DNA of 64,000 nt, from NCBI GenBank assembly GCA_018064365.1, contig JAGHVJ010000004.1:8686-72685 (forward strand), in the 5' to 3' direction. The stretch's first letter is position 1. Every line of letters starts with the position of its first letter. Origin of the DNA: Candidatus Enterousia onthequi (lineage in GTDB: Bacteria > Pseudomonadota > Alphaproteobacteria > Rs-D84). A model generated the notes under the pieces. That model was given only the letters and a program-made list of their open reading frames with translations. It made no database searches and was not told the DNA's origin. The position numbers were made by a program, and so were the translations under genes. This document shows positions 20,348-29,129 of this stretch, one piece after another.

Positions 20348-21481
20348 TTATGCAAATTTTAACAAAATCAATGCCAATCCTGAAAACAGGATAGACACTA
20401 TAAAAAACCTATCTACGATTTTTGTTTCTGGCCAACCCAATTCTTCAAAGTGATGGTGTAATGGCGCGCGCAAGAATATACGACGGCCTGTGCCAGATAT
20501 TTTACGAGTGATTTTGAAAAACATTGTTTGCAAAAATGAAGATAGCAATATCAAAACCATCATACCCGCGGCGATTCCCATAATGATTTCTGATTTCAAC
20601 AGCATTGCAACCGTTCCCATAAATCCACCCAATGCAAGTGAACCAACATCACCCATGAAAATACTCGCAGGTTTCGTATTATACCATAAAAATCCCAATA
20701 CTGCGCCCGCCATTGCGCCCAATGGAGCGTACAAAGCATTGGCATCTGGCAAGAACACAACACTGTCCATAAAACCGATTCTGGTTGCGCCATACAATGC
20801 GACAACCAATACTATCAAAACAGGCAAATATAATTTTGATAACATACCATCTAATCCGTCTGTGATATTGGTTGCGTTTGCAGAACCACAGATAACAAAA
20901 TAACCAAATATGTAATATAAAAATCCTAATGTTATTGGCATACCAAATGCATTTCCTAAAACCCAAGAATTTAATGGCAATAAAATCGAAGAACCAATGG
21001 TGATTGACAATTCTGGGACATATGGTGGCATCGTTTTATTTATCAAATACACCAATATTGCAACAAATACAGCCTCGGCCAACAATCTGAATGATGGCGA
21101 TAATCCATTAGACGCTTTTTTTGATTGAGATGACACCTTTTTATAATCATCTGCAAAACCCAACGCACCAAACATTACCAAAGACATCAAAGCAATCCAA
21201 CCTGCTGTATTTGCCATTGGCATAAACAATACAGATGACACAATTACCGAAAACAAAATTAAAATTCCGCCCATGGTTGGTGTTCCAGCCTTGGCACGGT
21301 GAGATTCTGGGACATTTTCACTGATGGGTTGGCCTTTTTTTTGCCAATTATGCATTAACTTTATAAATCCACGTCCGAATAAAAACATTATCAAAAAAGC
21401 GCATGCAAACGCCGCCGCAAATTGCGTCCAACCACTTGCAAAAGAATAAAAACCATTTGATAAAAAGTAATCTGCCAGCAT
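20348..21481 (-). CDS. mraY: phospho-N-acetylmuramoyl-pentapeptide transferase
   Basis: GTPTMGGILIL, NATNITDGLDG, FMGDVGSLALGG and APLHHHFE motifs. Confidence 0.95.
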   Translation of the reverse strand: MLADYFLSNGFYSFASGWTQFAAAFACAFLIMFLFGRGFIKLMHNWQKKGQPISENVPESHRAKAGTPTMGGILILFSVIVSSVLFMPMANTAGWIALMSLVMFGALGFADDYKKVSSQSKKASNGLSPSFRLLAEAVFVAILVYLINKTMPPYVPELSITIGSSILLPLNSWVLGNAFGMPITLGFLYYIFGYFVICGSANATNITDGLDGMLSKLYLPVLIVLVVALYGATRIGFMDSVVFLPDANALYAPLGAMAGAVLGFLWYNTKPASIFMGDVGSLALGGFMGTVAMLLKSEIIMGIAAGMMVLILLSSFLQTMFFKITRKISGTGRRIFLRAPLHHHFEELGWPETKIVDRFFIVSILFSGLALILLKFA

Positions 21482-21551
21482 AATTTTTCTCCATTGTTAT
21501 ACTGACATTTTACCACAAAATAACGGCAATACAAATTGAATTAGATAAAAA

Positions 21552-23627
21552 TTAGAACACTCCGCCAACTGTCGGTGCAGATTGTGTTATGGTTTCGCCA
21601 TCGACATGTATCACAACAGGTTCGGTCGCCACAGGGACATTTGGTCCTTGGTTTGCCTTGAAAGCCTCGGTTATAATTACGCCGTTGGGGTCGCGGGTTG
21701 CAGCAACACCGTTTGACCGATTCACACGCACAAAATGCAATCCGTCTGGCACTGAAAAAGGTTGATTTTTCTGGTTTGCCAATGCCGGTGTCATAAAATC
21801 AGAAAACACATGCGCAGCGGTATAAGACCCTGTCCCCTTGCCCAATGGACGTGGCGTATCATAACCCAAATACACGCCCGCAATTAAATTTTTAGAAAAC
21901 CCGATAAACCACGCATCTTTGACATCATTGGTTGTGCCGGTTTTCCCTGCGATTGTGTGGCCAGGAACCATCGCCTGGCGACCTGTACCGCGTTCAACCG
22001 CGCCCTGTAATATCGACACCAATTGATATAAACTTTGTGGGTCAGATAATGCCGGCCCCATATCATCGTCGGCGGGTGGCAACATATCGTCAGACCATTT
22101 TTCTATTTTGGTATCGCCACCGTAAATTGTGCGTCCATAACGGTCTTGGATATAATCGACATATTTTGGTCTGATTACATGACCGCCATTTACAAACGCC
22201 GAATAACCTGCAACCAGATTTTGCAATGTTGTTTCGCCCGACCCCAGCGCCATCGATAAATTCATATCATGCATATCGTCTGGATAAACACCAAACCGCT
22301 TTGCGACATCGATTGCATCACGCACGCCGATTTGTTCCACCAAACGGACTGTTGGGACATTACGCGATGTTTCCAACGCCAACCGCAATGGCACATCGCC
22401 CAAGAATTTTTTATCATTGTTTTCAGGTTTCCATTCTGTGTATGCGTCTTTCCAACCAACGATTGGCGCGTCCAGTAAAATCGCCTGGGGCGACATACCC
22501 TTTTCCAGCGCAGCCAAATACACGAACGGTTTAATCGTACTGCCAATTTGGCGCATGGCCTGGGTTGCGCGATTAAAAGAACTATCGCCGAAACTGCGTC
22601 CGCCAGACATCGCCAACACACGGCCCGTGTATGGATTCATAACGATAATTGCACCTTGGAGTTTTTCATCACCGCCCCGCCCCGTATTATACGCGTCCAA
22701 TGTTTTATTCAGTGCGTTGGATGCGGCACGTTGCAATTCTGGAACAATTGTTGTCTTGATATACAGCCCATTATTGTATAAATCTTCGCGGCCAATACTG
22801 TCCAGTAATTGACGGCGAACTTCTTCGGCGAAATATTGGAAAGCATCTTCCATTTGGGCAGTAAAGCCACTGTTGATATTTAATTCCTGGGCGGCAGCCT
22901 CATCTGCCTGGGCCTGGGTTATATAGCCCTCGTCCACCATACGGCGCAAAACATAATTACGGCGTTTAACCGCGGCATCACGATTATTCGGAGCCTTGGG
23001 CAAAGATGCCAAAAATGCACATTCTGCCAATGTTAAATCTTGAACCGGTTTATTGAAATACATCAAAGCCGCAGACCCAACACCATACGCGCGCGCGCCC
23101 AGGAAAATCTGGTTCAAATATAATGTCATAATGTGTTTTTTAGAAAACGACCGTTCCAAACGCAGTGCCAATATAGCCTCTTTGACCTTGCGCGAAATGG
23201 TGCGGTCAGATGTCAGGAAAAAGTTCTTGGCAACCTGTTGCGTAATTGTTGACGCACCAGAAAATTTCGCATTAAACCCAAGTGCACGCATAACATTATT
23301 CGTTGCCGCACGCAAAATGCCCTGGGTATCGATACCAGGATGTGTCCAGAAATTCTGGTCTTCGGCCGCAATAAAAGCATTTATCAGTTGCGGTGGCATA
23401 TCATCAAAATCGATAAAGACGCGACGTTCAGCTGCATATTCTATCAACAAAGAACCATCCGCAGCATACAGGCGTGTTGCAACCGGCGGTGCATATGTTG
23501 CCAATTTTTTATAATCAGGCAAATCATGTCCATAAATAAAAATCAACGCAGCCAAAGCCGCAATTCCGGCAGTAATGCACCAAAATATAACATTTAAAAA
23601 AATCTTTAAAATTTTTTTGAATCGCAT
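21552..23627 (-). CDS. mrcA: class A penicillin-binding protein (PBP1A-type transglycosylase/transpeptidase)
   Basis: AAEDQNFWTHPGID and GASTITQQVAKN (GT51 domain), plus SGGRSF..STIKP and KTGTTND (transpeptidase). The start is set at MRFKKILKIF (23627); the longer track ORF adds an implausible leader. Confidence 0.92.
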   Translation of the reverse strand: MRFKKILKIFLNVIFWCITAGIAALAALIFIYGHDLPDYKKLATYAPPVATRLYAADGSLLIEYAAERRVFIDFDDMPPQLINAFIAAEDQNFWTHPGIDTQGILRAATNNVMRALGFNAKFSGASTITQQVAKNFFLTSDRTISRKVKEAILALRLERSFSKKHIMTLYLNQIFLGARAYGVGSAALMYFNKPVQDLTLAECAFLASLPKAPNNRDAAVKRRNYVLRRMVDEGYITQAQADEAAAQELNINSGFTAQMEDAFQYFAEEVRRQLLDSIGREDLYNNGLYIKTTIVPELQRAASNALNKTLDAYNTGRGGDEKLQGAIIVMNPYTGRVLAMSGGRSFGDSSFNRATQAMRQIGSTIKPFVYLAALEKGMSPQAILLDAPIVGWKDAYTEWKPENNDKKFLGDVPLRLALETSRNVPTVRLVEQIGVRDAIDVAKRFGVYPDDMHDMNLSMALGSGETTLQNLVAGYSAFVNGGHVIRPKYVDYIQDRYGRTIYGGDTKIEKWSDDMLPPADDDMGPALSDPQSLYQLVSILQGAVERGTGRQAMVPGHTIAGKTGTTNDVKDAWFIGFSKNLIAGVYLGYDTPRPLGKGTGSYTAAHVFSDFMTPALANQKNQPFSVPDGLHFVRVNRSNGVAATRDPNGVIITEAFKANQGPNVPVATEPVVIHVDGETITQSAPTVGGVF

Positions 23628-23717
23628 GAGTTTATTATACGACAAGATTTTGTCTTTTGCAATTTTTTGTAATAAAAAATTCCAACACAGCCAAACAAAA
23701 ACGCACACGCGTTTTGT

Positions 23718-23900
23718 GTCATCCTAAGCGAGTGAGATTTCTTTGGGGCATAGTCCCATAAGTAATCGAACGCAGTCGAAAGGATCCAGTTTTATCAAAG
23801 TGTCGGCTGTGCCGACTACTTTAATATTGACTGGATTGCCACGTCTCACTCGTTCGGCCTTGCGCTTTGCGCAAGTTGAACTCTGTTCGCTCGCAATGAC
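23718..23900 (+). repeat. GC-rich hairpin-built MITE-like element, copy C (long variant)
   Basis: Begins gtcatcc...ggatccag and ends ctggattgc...cgcaatgac, so the termini are inverted. It has an internal hairpin gtcggc-tgt-gccgac shared with copies A and B, and is intergenic (suhB-like / PBP1A). Confidence 0.75.
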
Positions 23901-23942
23901 AAATTGATGTTTTTTAGTTCGGTTTGTTCCGCGTATTATACA

Positions 23943-23970
23943 TAAAAAATCCCCCAGATGGGGGATTTTA
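23943..23970 (-). terminator. rho-independent terminator of the suhB-like gene
   Basis: Stem atccccc-agat-gggggat, with an A6 run on the plus strand (a T-run on the minus strand). Confidence 0.7.
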
Positions 23971-23985
23971 CAATTTCGTAAATTC

Positions 23986-24690
23986 TTATAATTCTATGTG
24001 GCCGTTGGTGGCAACCAATTCTGCACCAGATGTGATTTTTCCCCCAGCCTCGCGCAGAATCAAATCGCCGGCGGCAATTTCTGCGTAATCCAATGGGCGC
24101 GATACAAAGCCATCCAGTTTACCAGATGCAACACCGCACAAATCCAATGCCGGACATCCGTACATCCGGACATCACCAATTTTTTTCGAATTGTCGTCTG
24201 TATTATATGCAATCATTAAATCAGCCGGGTCAGACAAACCAGACACGCGAATCTTGGTCGAATGAAATGCCGAAAACACGTATGCACCACCATCCAGTTC
24301 GGCATAATATAATTTATCCAATACCGGAGCATAAACCAATGCGATTTTCGTTTCACCATTTGAACGCAACGCCAAAGAAATTGCAAAATTTGGATTCGCA
24401 CGAACAAAATTCGCCGCGCCAGACATCGCCAACACAAATTCGTCACGACCATCGCCATCACGCGTCATATTCGGTGTCAGCAAGCCCGCCATGGGACGCA
24501 CCAACAACAAATCGTTCAAAATGCTTTCTTCGATTCTGGCAGATGCACGAGCCACAAAATCACGAGCCCCACGCAACGATTGTTGGAGGTTTTCCACCTC
24601 GCCAAAGTCGTGACGAAGACCGGTTGCGGTTTTATCCAACGCCGCAAACATTTTGTTTAATTCGGTCGAGCCCTTGATAAGTAAGTCCAT
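23986..24690 (-). CDS. inositol-monophosphatase (SuhB/IMPase) fold protein with a degenerate active site
   Basis: Collinear with SuhB (…NFVRANPNFAISLAL…VYAPV…LDYAEIAAGDLILREAGG). However, the DP(I/L)DGT metal-binding motif reads LAMSGA. Confidence 0.75.
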   Translation of the reverse strand: MDLLIKGSTELNKMFAALDKTATGLRHDFGEVENLQQSLRGARDFVARASARIEESILNDLLLVRPMAGLLTPNMTRDGDGRDEFVLAMSGAANFVRANPNFAISLALRSNGETKIALVYAPVLDKLYYAELDGGAYVFSAFHSTKIRVSGLSDPADLMIAYNTDDNSKKIGDVRMYGCPALDLCGVASGKLDGFVSRPLDYAEIAAGDLILREAGGKITSGAELVATNGHIEL

Positions 24691-24714
24691 TTTGCCCCCC
24701 AGTCAAAAAATCTA

Positions 24715-24927
24715 TTAAAATTTGAACCCAGCAAATTTGCTTTTGAATTCGGCCGCACGTTGACCCTTGGTATCGGTGTTGCTGCGTTGGCCAGTCCAAG
24801 CCGGATGATTCAAGTTATCAGTCGATAAAATCAAATCTTTTTTCACAGAAGAATACATTTCAACGGTTTGACCATTCGTCATTGTGACGTTGATTTTGTG
24901 ATATTCTGGATGAATTCCTTGTTTCAT
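24715..24927 (-). CDS. rpmE: 50S ribosomal protein L31
   Basis: MKQGIHPEYHKINVTMTNGQTVEMYSS is the canonical L31 N-terminus. The longer track ORF (to 25068) runs into the repeat element and is rejected. Confidence 0.92.
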   Translation of the reverse strand: MKQGIHPEYHKINVTMTNGQTVEMYSSVKKDLILSTDNLNHPAWTGQRSNTDTKGQRAAEFKSKFAGFKF

Positions 24928-25063
24928 ATTTTTTACCCTTTGTTTGATATAAGCCAGAAAATTATACATTGTATTTTGCGAATTGCAAGAAATAAAAACA
25001 AAGTGAAATGGATGAATTATTAGACACAACTGCCCCACCACCCTGCGGGCGGTCCCACCGATT

Positions 25064-25175
25064 GTCATCCCGCAGGAGTGCGGGATCCAGTTTTGCGTAT
25101 CGCAAAACTTGTGTTATTCGGCTTTATTACACAGGTCGGCTTCGCCGACTGGATCCCGCGCGTCCGCGGGATGAC
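25064..25175 (+). repeat. GC-rich hairpin-built MITE-like element, copy A
   Basis: The left end gtcatcccgcaggagtgcgggatccag and the right end ctggatcccgcgcgtccgcgggatgac are inverted repeats of each other, and each is itself a hairpin. Internal hairpins are ttttgcg-tatc-gcaaaa and gtcggc-ttc-gccgac. Confidence 0.85.
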
Positions 25176-25230
25176 GGCGCGAACGCGCCGTGGATGGATG
25201 AAAACAACAACGTAACCGGGGTTGAGGCGA

Positions 25231-25548
25231 TTATTCAGTGGCATAACCATTTGCAATCAAAAAATCTGGATATAAATCTTTCCAATCTGGATTATTTTCA
25301 AGAATCAGTTTTATTTTCCAGTTTCTGTTCCATTCTTTTAATTGTCGTTCACGTTTTACCATACAATCCAAACTTTCCTGATATTCGTAATACACTAATT
25401 TATTACAGTGATATTTTGCAGTAAATGATTTTGGATATATTTTATTTTTGTGTTCCCATACCCGGACTATCAGATTAGATGTAGAACCAATATATAAAGT
25501 TCCCATACGTTTTGACGCCATAATATAAACATAACCACCAGATTTCAT
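25231..25548 (-). CDS. GIY-YIG (URI-domain, YhbQ/COG2827-like) nuclease family protein
   Basis: 105 aa. GYVYIMASKRMGTLYIGSTSNLIVRVWEHKN...KLVYYEYQESLDCMVKRERQLKEWNRNWKIKLI carries the GIY...YIG...R...E motifs. Confidence 0.88.
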   Translation of the reverse strand: MKSGGYVYIMASKRMGTLYIGSTSNLIVRVWEHKNKIYPKSFTAKYHCNKLVYYEYQESLDCMVKRERQLKEWNRNWKIKLILENNPDWKDLYPDFLIANGYATE

Positions 25549-25606
25549 ACTGTATACTTTATTTTAATTTTGGGGTATTACAAGTTTTTTTAACATCATC
25601 CCGATT

Positions 25607-25728
25607 GTCATCCCGCAGGAGTGCGGGATCCAGTTTTGCGTATCGCAAAACTTGTGTTATTTGGCTTTATTACGCAAGTTGCCCCCACAATGGGGGGGCA
25701 ACTGGATACCGGCCTCCGCCGGTATGAC
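25607..25728 (+). repeat. GC-rich hairpin-built MITE-like element, copy B
   Basis: Same orientation as copy A. 25601-25679 matches 25058-25136 at 76 of 79 positions, with the first 61 identical (manual alignment). The right half has different sequence but the same hairpin layout: gttgccccc/gggggcaac and ataccggc/gccggtat, ending atgac. Confidence 0.85.
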
Positions 25729-25743
25729 GAATTATGGAGGGTT

Positions 25744-28700
25744 TTATTCTTCGCTGATGTCGACACTGATTATGTCGCCGAAACTGCCGACCATTTGGCC
25801 ACCGACATAACAATGGATTTTCGAACCAATGCTGTCCATCCATTCTTGTTGTGCCTCAGTAAAGTCAGAACGGTTTTTAGCCTTCATAATTTGTGCAGTT
25901 GTGATACCGCCAACCGTTCCCAGAACCGCACCCCCAGCAAGATCAACCGTTGCACGTCCTAAACCTTTATTCCAGACATTGCCACCACTACCTGCAGCAG
26001 CAAGTTCTTTATAATTATCAGAATTTTTCATGTTCTTACATGCTTCTTCAGCTTGCTTAGCTTCTGTTGCGATTGCGCCGGCGACTGTGGCATTTGTGTC
26101 TTTCTTGAGCGAATCAACTGTCATTGTTTTTACTTGCTTAAAGGCATCATTGTTCCAATTATAATCTGTTGTCGTTACAGTCGATGACAACATATTAAAT
26201 GTACGTTGTAATTTTTCTATAGAGTCCCTTAAAGCATCAATTTCTTTTGTCACCTTGTCTGTGTCTGTGTCGTCTCTAACTTGGCCGACTCTTAGTGCAC
26301 TAGAAAAGACACCCAACGCTTCTTTCTGACACTGGTCAATTTGGATATCATACGACTGTCGCGTGTTTTCGTTGTCTTTATCTTGTTTTGCTGTACTTGT
26401 TTTCAACAAACCACCCAGACTGGTTTTTGTTTGCAACAAATCCATTGTGGCAACACCCGCAGCGGCACTCAATATACTGATGCCCGCGACGCCCCATTCT
26501 TGTCCTTTCTTTAATTTGCCATTTGCATCTGTTCTGGTTTTATCAGCCGCAACAGCTTCAGAGATTGTGTCCAATAAATATTTAGCATTAGCTCCATCTC
26601 CTTCTTTTTTAGAGGCCAACCAAGAACCGCATGTAAATGGATCACCAACCGCAAAATATGCATTTTCTATATCTTTACCTTGCATTGCATTCTGGATATA
26701 TCTGTCATCAGATTGGATTGTGACCTTGACCCGGCAGAACGAATTGTATAAATCGTTACTGGCGACCGACCCATCAAGCCCCAAACCATTTGTTGCATAA
26801 TTAGAATCCGGTCTGGTTTTATTCTTTAACTTTGCCCAAACAAATGCAGGGTCTGGATTCGCACCGGTATTTTGCGCCAAGCAAACATTTTGTTCGTGTG
26901 TCAATTTGGCGTTATATTTCGCCTGGGCCTCTAATTCTATATCAGCCAAGACCGTTTGGAACAATGATGTTGCCGCCGAATTCGATAATTGAACATCTTT
27001 TTCAATCATATACGGTGTTTGACAATCAATGTTACCACCATCTTCGTATCCGCAAACATCATGATCTCCGCCAGAGCAAGTACAGTGTTTCTTACCATTA
27101 GCATCTGTGTACTGAACACCCTCTTTGGTAATATTATATCCATAATTTTGGCCAGAATTACGCCATGCGTTGCTGACAGTTGTGATGCCGGTGCCCCATG
27201 TGCCGGTTACATCTGCATCGCCGTCCAAAATTCCCATTTTGGCAATTGCCAAACTTTCCGAACATGCGTCCGCAGATTTCACAGTTGACATACATAAACC
27301 TTGGACAATTGTGTAATCCAATACACCGCCAACCTTGTTCATAGATTTATTAAATGATTCACTTTCTGTTGAATATGTTGCAACACGGATATCGTTACGA
27401 TTACGATAGCAATTCTGATAATCTTTGCCGCACATAGATTTTACACAGTTTGATACAACGTTGCTGCACTGTTTTTTCATTTGTTCAATTGCCACATCGT
27501 TGTATGCCGTGGATAATTCTGCATTTAATGCCGCAACAATGGTCGAATCACCGTTGCCGGATTTATATTGTGGGAACAATGTCGCAAATGTGTCACTGGT
27601 CCCGCCCATATTAAATGTGTATGTATCGTCGCCCTGCATAGCAGCCATAAAACGACAATTCGCATCGGTATTTACAATCGCCGCGCAACCGTTTTCAATG
27701 TCAGTGTACACTGTTTCATTATTTATAGATTTTTGACCAGAATTTTTGAACGCACGTGTATAACATGCCGCACCCGAACCGCCACCACATGAACGCACCG
27801 CGCAAGATTTAAATGTTTCAATACATTTATTGCGCGCAGTTGTATCAAATTGTTTTGCCAATTCGTTGACGCGTGTATTCAAAATTGTTTTGCGGGATGC
27901 ATACGCCTCGCCAAAAATGTCTTCGCGCAGGTCTTCGTCTTGCAAATCTGCCTTGCTTGGTTTTTTGCCATCATTAAATGTCATAAAGCAATATTGGTTA
28001 GAGCCAATTGTGTCGGTGCATGCCGCACGGAAGAATTTACGGACATCTGTTGCCATTTGTTTGCCAGTTTTCACATTGCCGTTGGCATCTGTATAATTTC
28101 CAGCCAATAAATTGTCATCGGCACTGCCCACAGATTTCGCAGCATTGACCACAGACCAATCAACATCTTCGACACAACTGTATGGGTTTTTCGCACATGC
28201 ATTTGAAAAACATGTGTCAACAACCTTGTAGCAGGTGTTCACAGCATTTGCAGCCGCCAAAGCCGCACCGTCGGCAACCCATTGTTCAATATCGCCACCG
28301 GCATAAGAACCCAAACGTTTGTTTGCAGGTTTTGTTGTCACCTTTTCACCAAACAATTGTTGGAAACCCTCTTTTTGGCAACGAGACAATGTAGAATCGC
28401 ACATTGCTGCCTGTTTTTTAAATTCTGTATCAGATGTGCATAATTCAAAGTCTTCGCCACAAATATTATCTTTGTTCAAGCATCTTTTATATTTTTTCAC
28501 ACAATCTTCGGTCGATAATTTGTTGCGTGTCCCAGCACCAATAATATCAATTCCCATGACCGAACCATCGGTTGGGTATGTATAGCGAGCAACCTCGGTA
28601 TCGTTGGTATCGGCAACGTAATTTTGAACCTGGGATAAAGCATCCAGATTACTGGTTCCGAACAAACTGTTGATTGCGGCAGGAGAGCATTGGTAAAGTG

Positions 28701-29046
28701 TGCTGTAACATTCGCCCATATGGCCATGGAACAAAACATTTGTTGTACATTCTTCAAATTCAGAACCGCATGCCGTATCTGATTTCATACATTCACGATA
28801 ATCTTCGACACATTCTGCATCGGAAATCAAACCAGTTCCTGTCGATGAAGTTGTCGTACTGGACACAGCGGATGACGCACCACCAGATTTCACAATATTA
28901 GACAACGACGGCAGACGACGCGACGCAGCAGCAGCCACAACCCCCGTCACACCAACGCGTCCAGATGACGCCACAACCGCCGCGGTTGCCGCACCACACA
29001 CGCACATTATCGCAATAAAACTGACCGAATTTTTGAAAAGATGCAT
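25744..29046 (-). CDS. very large secreted/membrane-anchored cysteine-rich protein of unknown family
   Basis: The track ORF runs to 29052 (MEMH...). The ATG at 29046 has better AGGAG spacing. There is a signal peptide, a Ser/Thr linker, a duplicated 6-Cys module, about 40 Cys in total, and two Gly-rich hydrophobic segments plus a coiled-coil-like stretch near the C-terminus. Confidence 0.85.
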   Translation of the reverse strand: MHLFKNSVSFIAIMCVCGAATAAVVASSGRVGVTGVVAAAASRRLPSLSNIVKSGGASSAVSSTTTSSTGTGLISDAECVEDYRECMKSDTACGSEFEECTTNVLFHGHMGECYSTLYQCSPAAINSLFGTSNLDALSQVQNYVADTNDTEVARYTYPTDGSVMGIDIIGAGTRNKLSTEDCVKKYKRCLNKDNICGEDFELCTSDTEFKKQAAMCDSTLSRCQKEGFQQLFGEKVTTKPANKRLGSYAGGDIEQWVADGAALAAANAVNTCYKVVDTCFSNACAKNPYSCVEDVDWSVVNAAKSVGSADDNLLAGNYTDANGNVKTGKQMATDVRKFFRAACTDTIGSNQYCFMTFNDGKKPSKADLQDEDLREDIFGEAYASRKTILNTRVNELAKQFDTTARNKCIETFKSCAVRSCGGGSGAACYTRAFKNSGQKSINNETVYTDIENGCAAIVNTDANCRFMAAMQGDDTYTFNMGGTSDTFATLFPQYKSGNGDSTIVAALNAELSTAYNDVAIEQMKKQCSNVVSNCVKSMCGKDYQNCYRNRNDIRVATYSTESESFNKSMNKVGGVLDYTIVQGLCMSTVKSADACSESLAIAKMGILDGDADVTGTWGTGITTVSNAWRNSGQNYGYNITKEGVQYTDANGKKHCTCSGGDHDVCGYEDGGNIDCQTPYMIEKDVQLSNSAATSLFQTVLADIELEAQAKYNAKLTHEQNVCLAQNTGANPDPAFVWAKLKNKTRPDSNYATNGLGLDGSVASNDLYNSFCRVKVTIQSDDRYIQNAMQGKDIENAYFAVGDPFTCGSWLASKKEGDGANAKYLLDTISEAVAADKTRTDANGKLKKGQEWGVAGISILSAAAGVATMDLLQTKTSLGGLLKTSTAKQDKDNENTRQSYDIQIDQCQKEALGVFSSALRVGQVRDDTDTDKVTKEIDALRDSIEKLQRTFNMLSSTVTTTDYNWNNDAFKQVKTMTVDSLKKDTNATVAGAIATEAKQAEEACKNMKNSDNYKELAAAGSGGNVWNKGLGRATVDLAGGAVLGTVGGITTAQIMKAKNRSDFTEAQQEWMDSIGSKIHCYVGGQMVGSFGDIISVDISEE

Positions 29047-29129
29047 CTCCATTCTCCTATACTTTCAATTTATTTTATCATAATTATCGGAAAAATAAAA
29101 GTGCTTTTTACAAAAATACAACGATAATC

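Noticed and set aside
23628-23708. N-terminal extensions in the ORF track for PBP1A (to 23708), L31 (to 25068), the UDG-like gene (to 60275), der (to 55224), parA (to 62352), rluD (to 30128), ybaB (from 58227) and mutS (from 43067).
   Set aside because: The extensions run through terminators, repeat elements or neighbouring genes and add implausible leaders. Internal starts restore canonical N-termini and have Shine-Dalgarno sequences.
25008-25962. ORFs 25008-25424 (+), 25065-25256 (-) and 25621-25962 (+), which span the GC-rich repeat elements.
   Set aside because: They are open only because the GC-rich palindromic repeats lack stop codons. They overlap the GIY-YIG gene or the 3' end of the Cys-rich gene and have no coding features.
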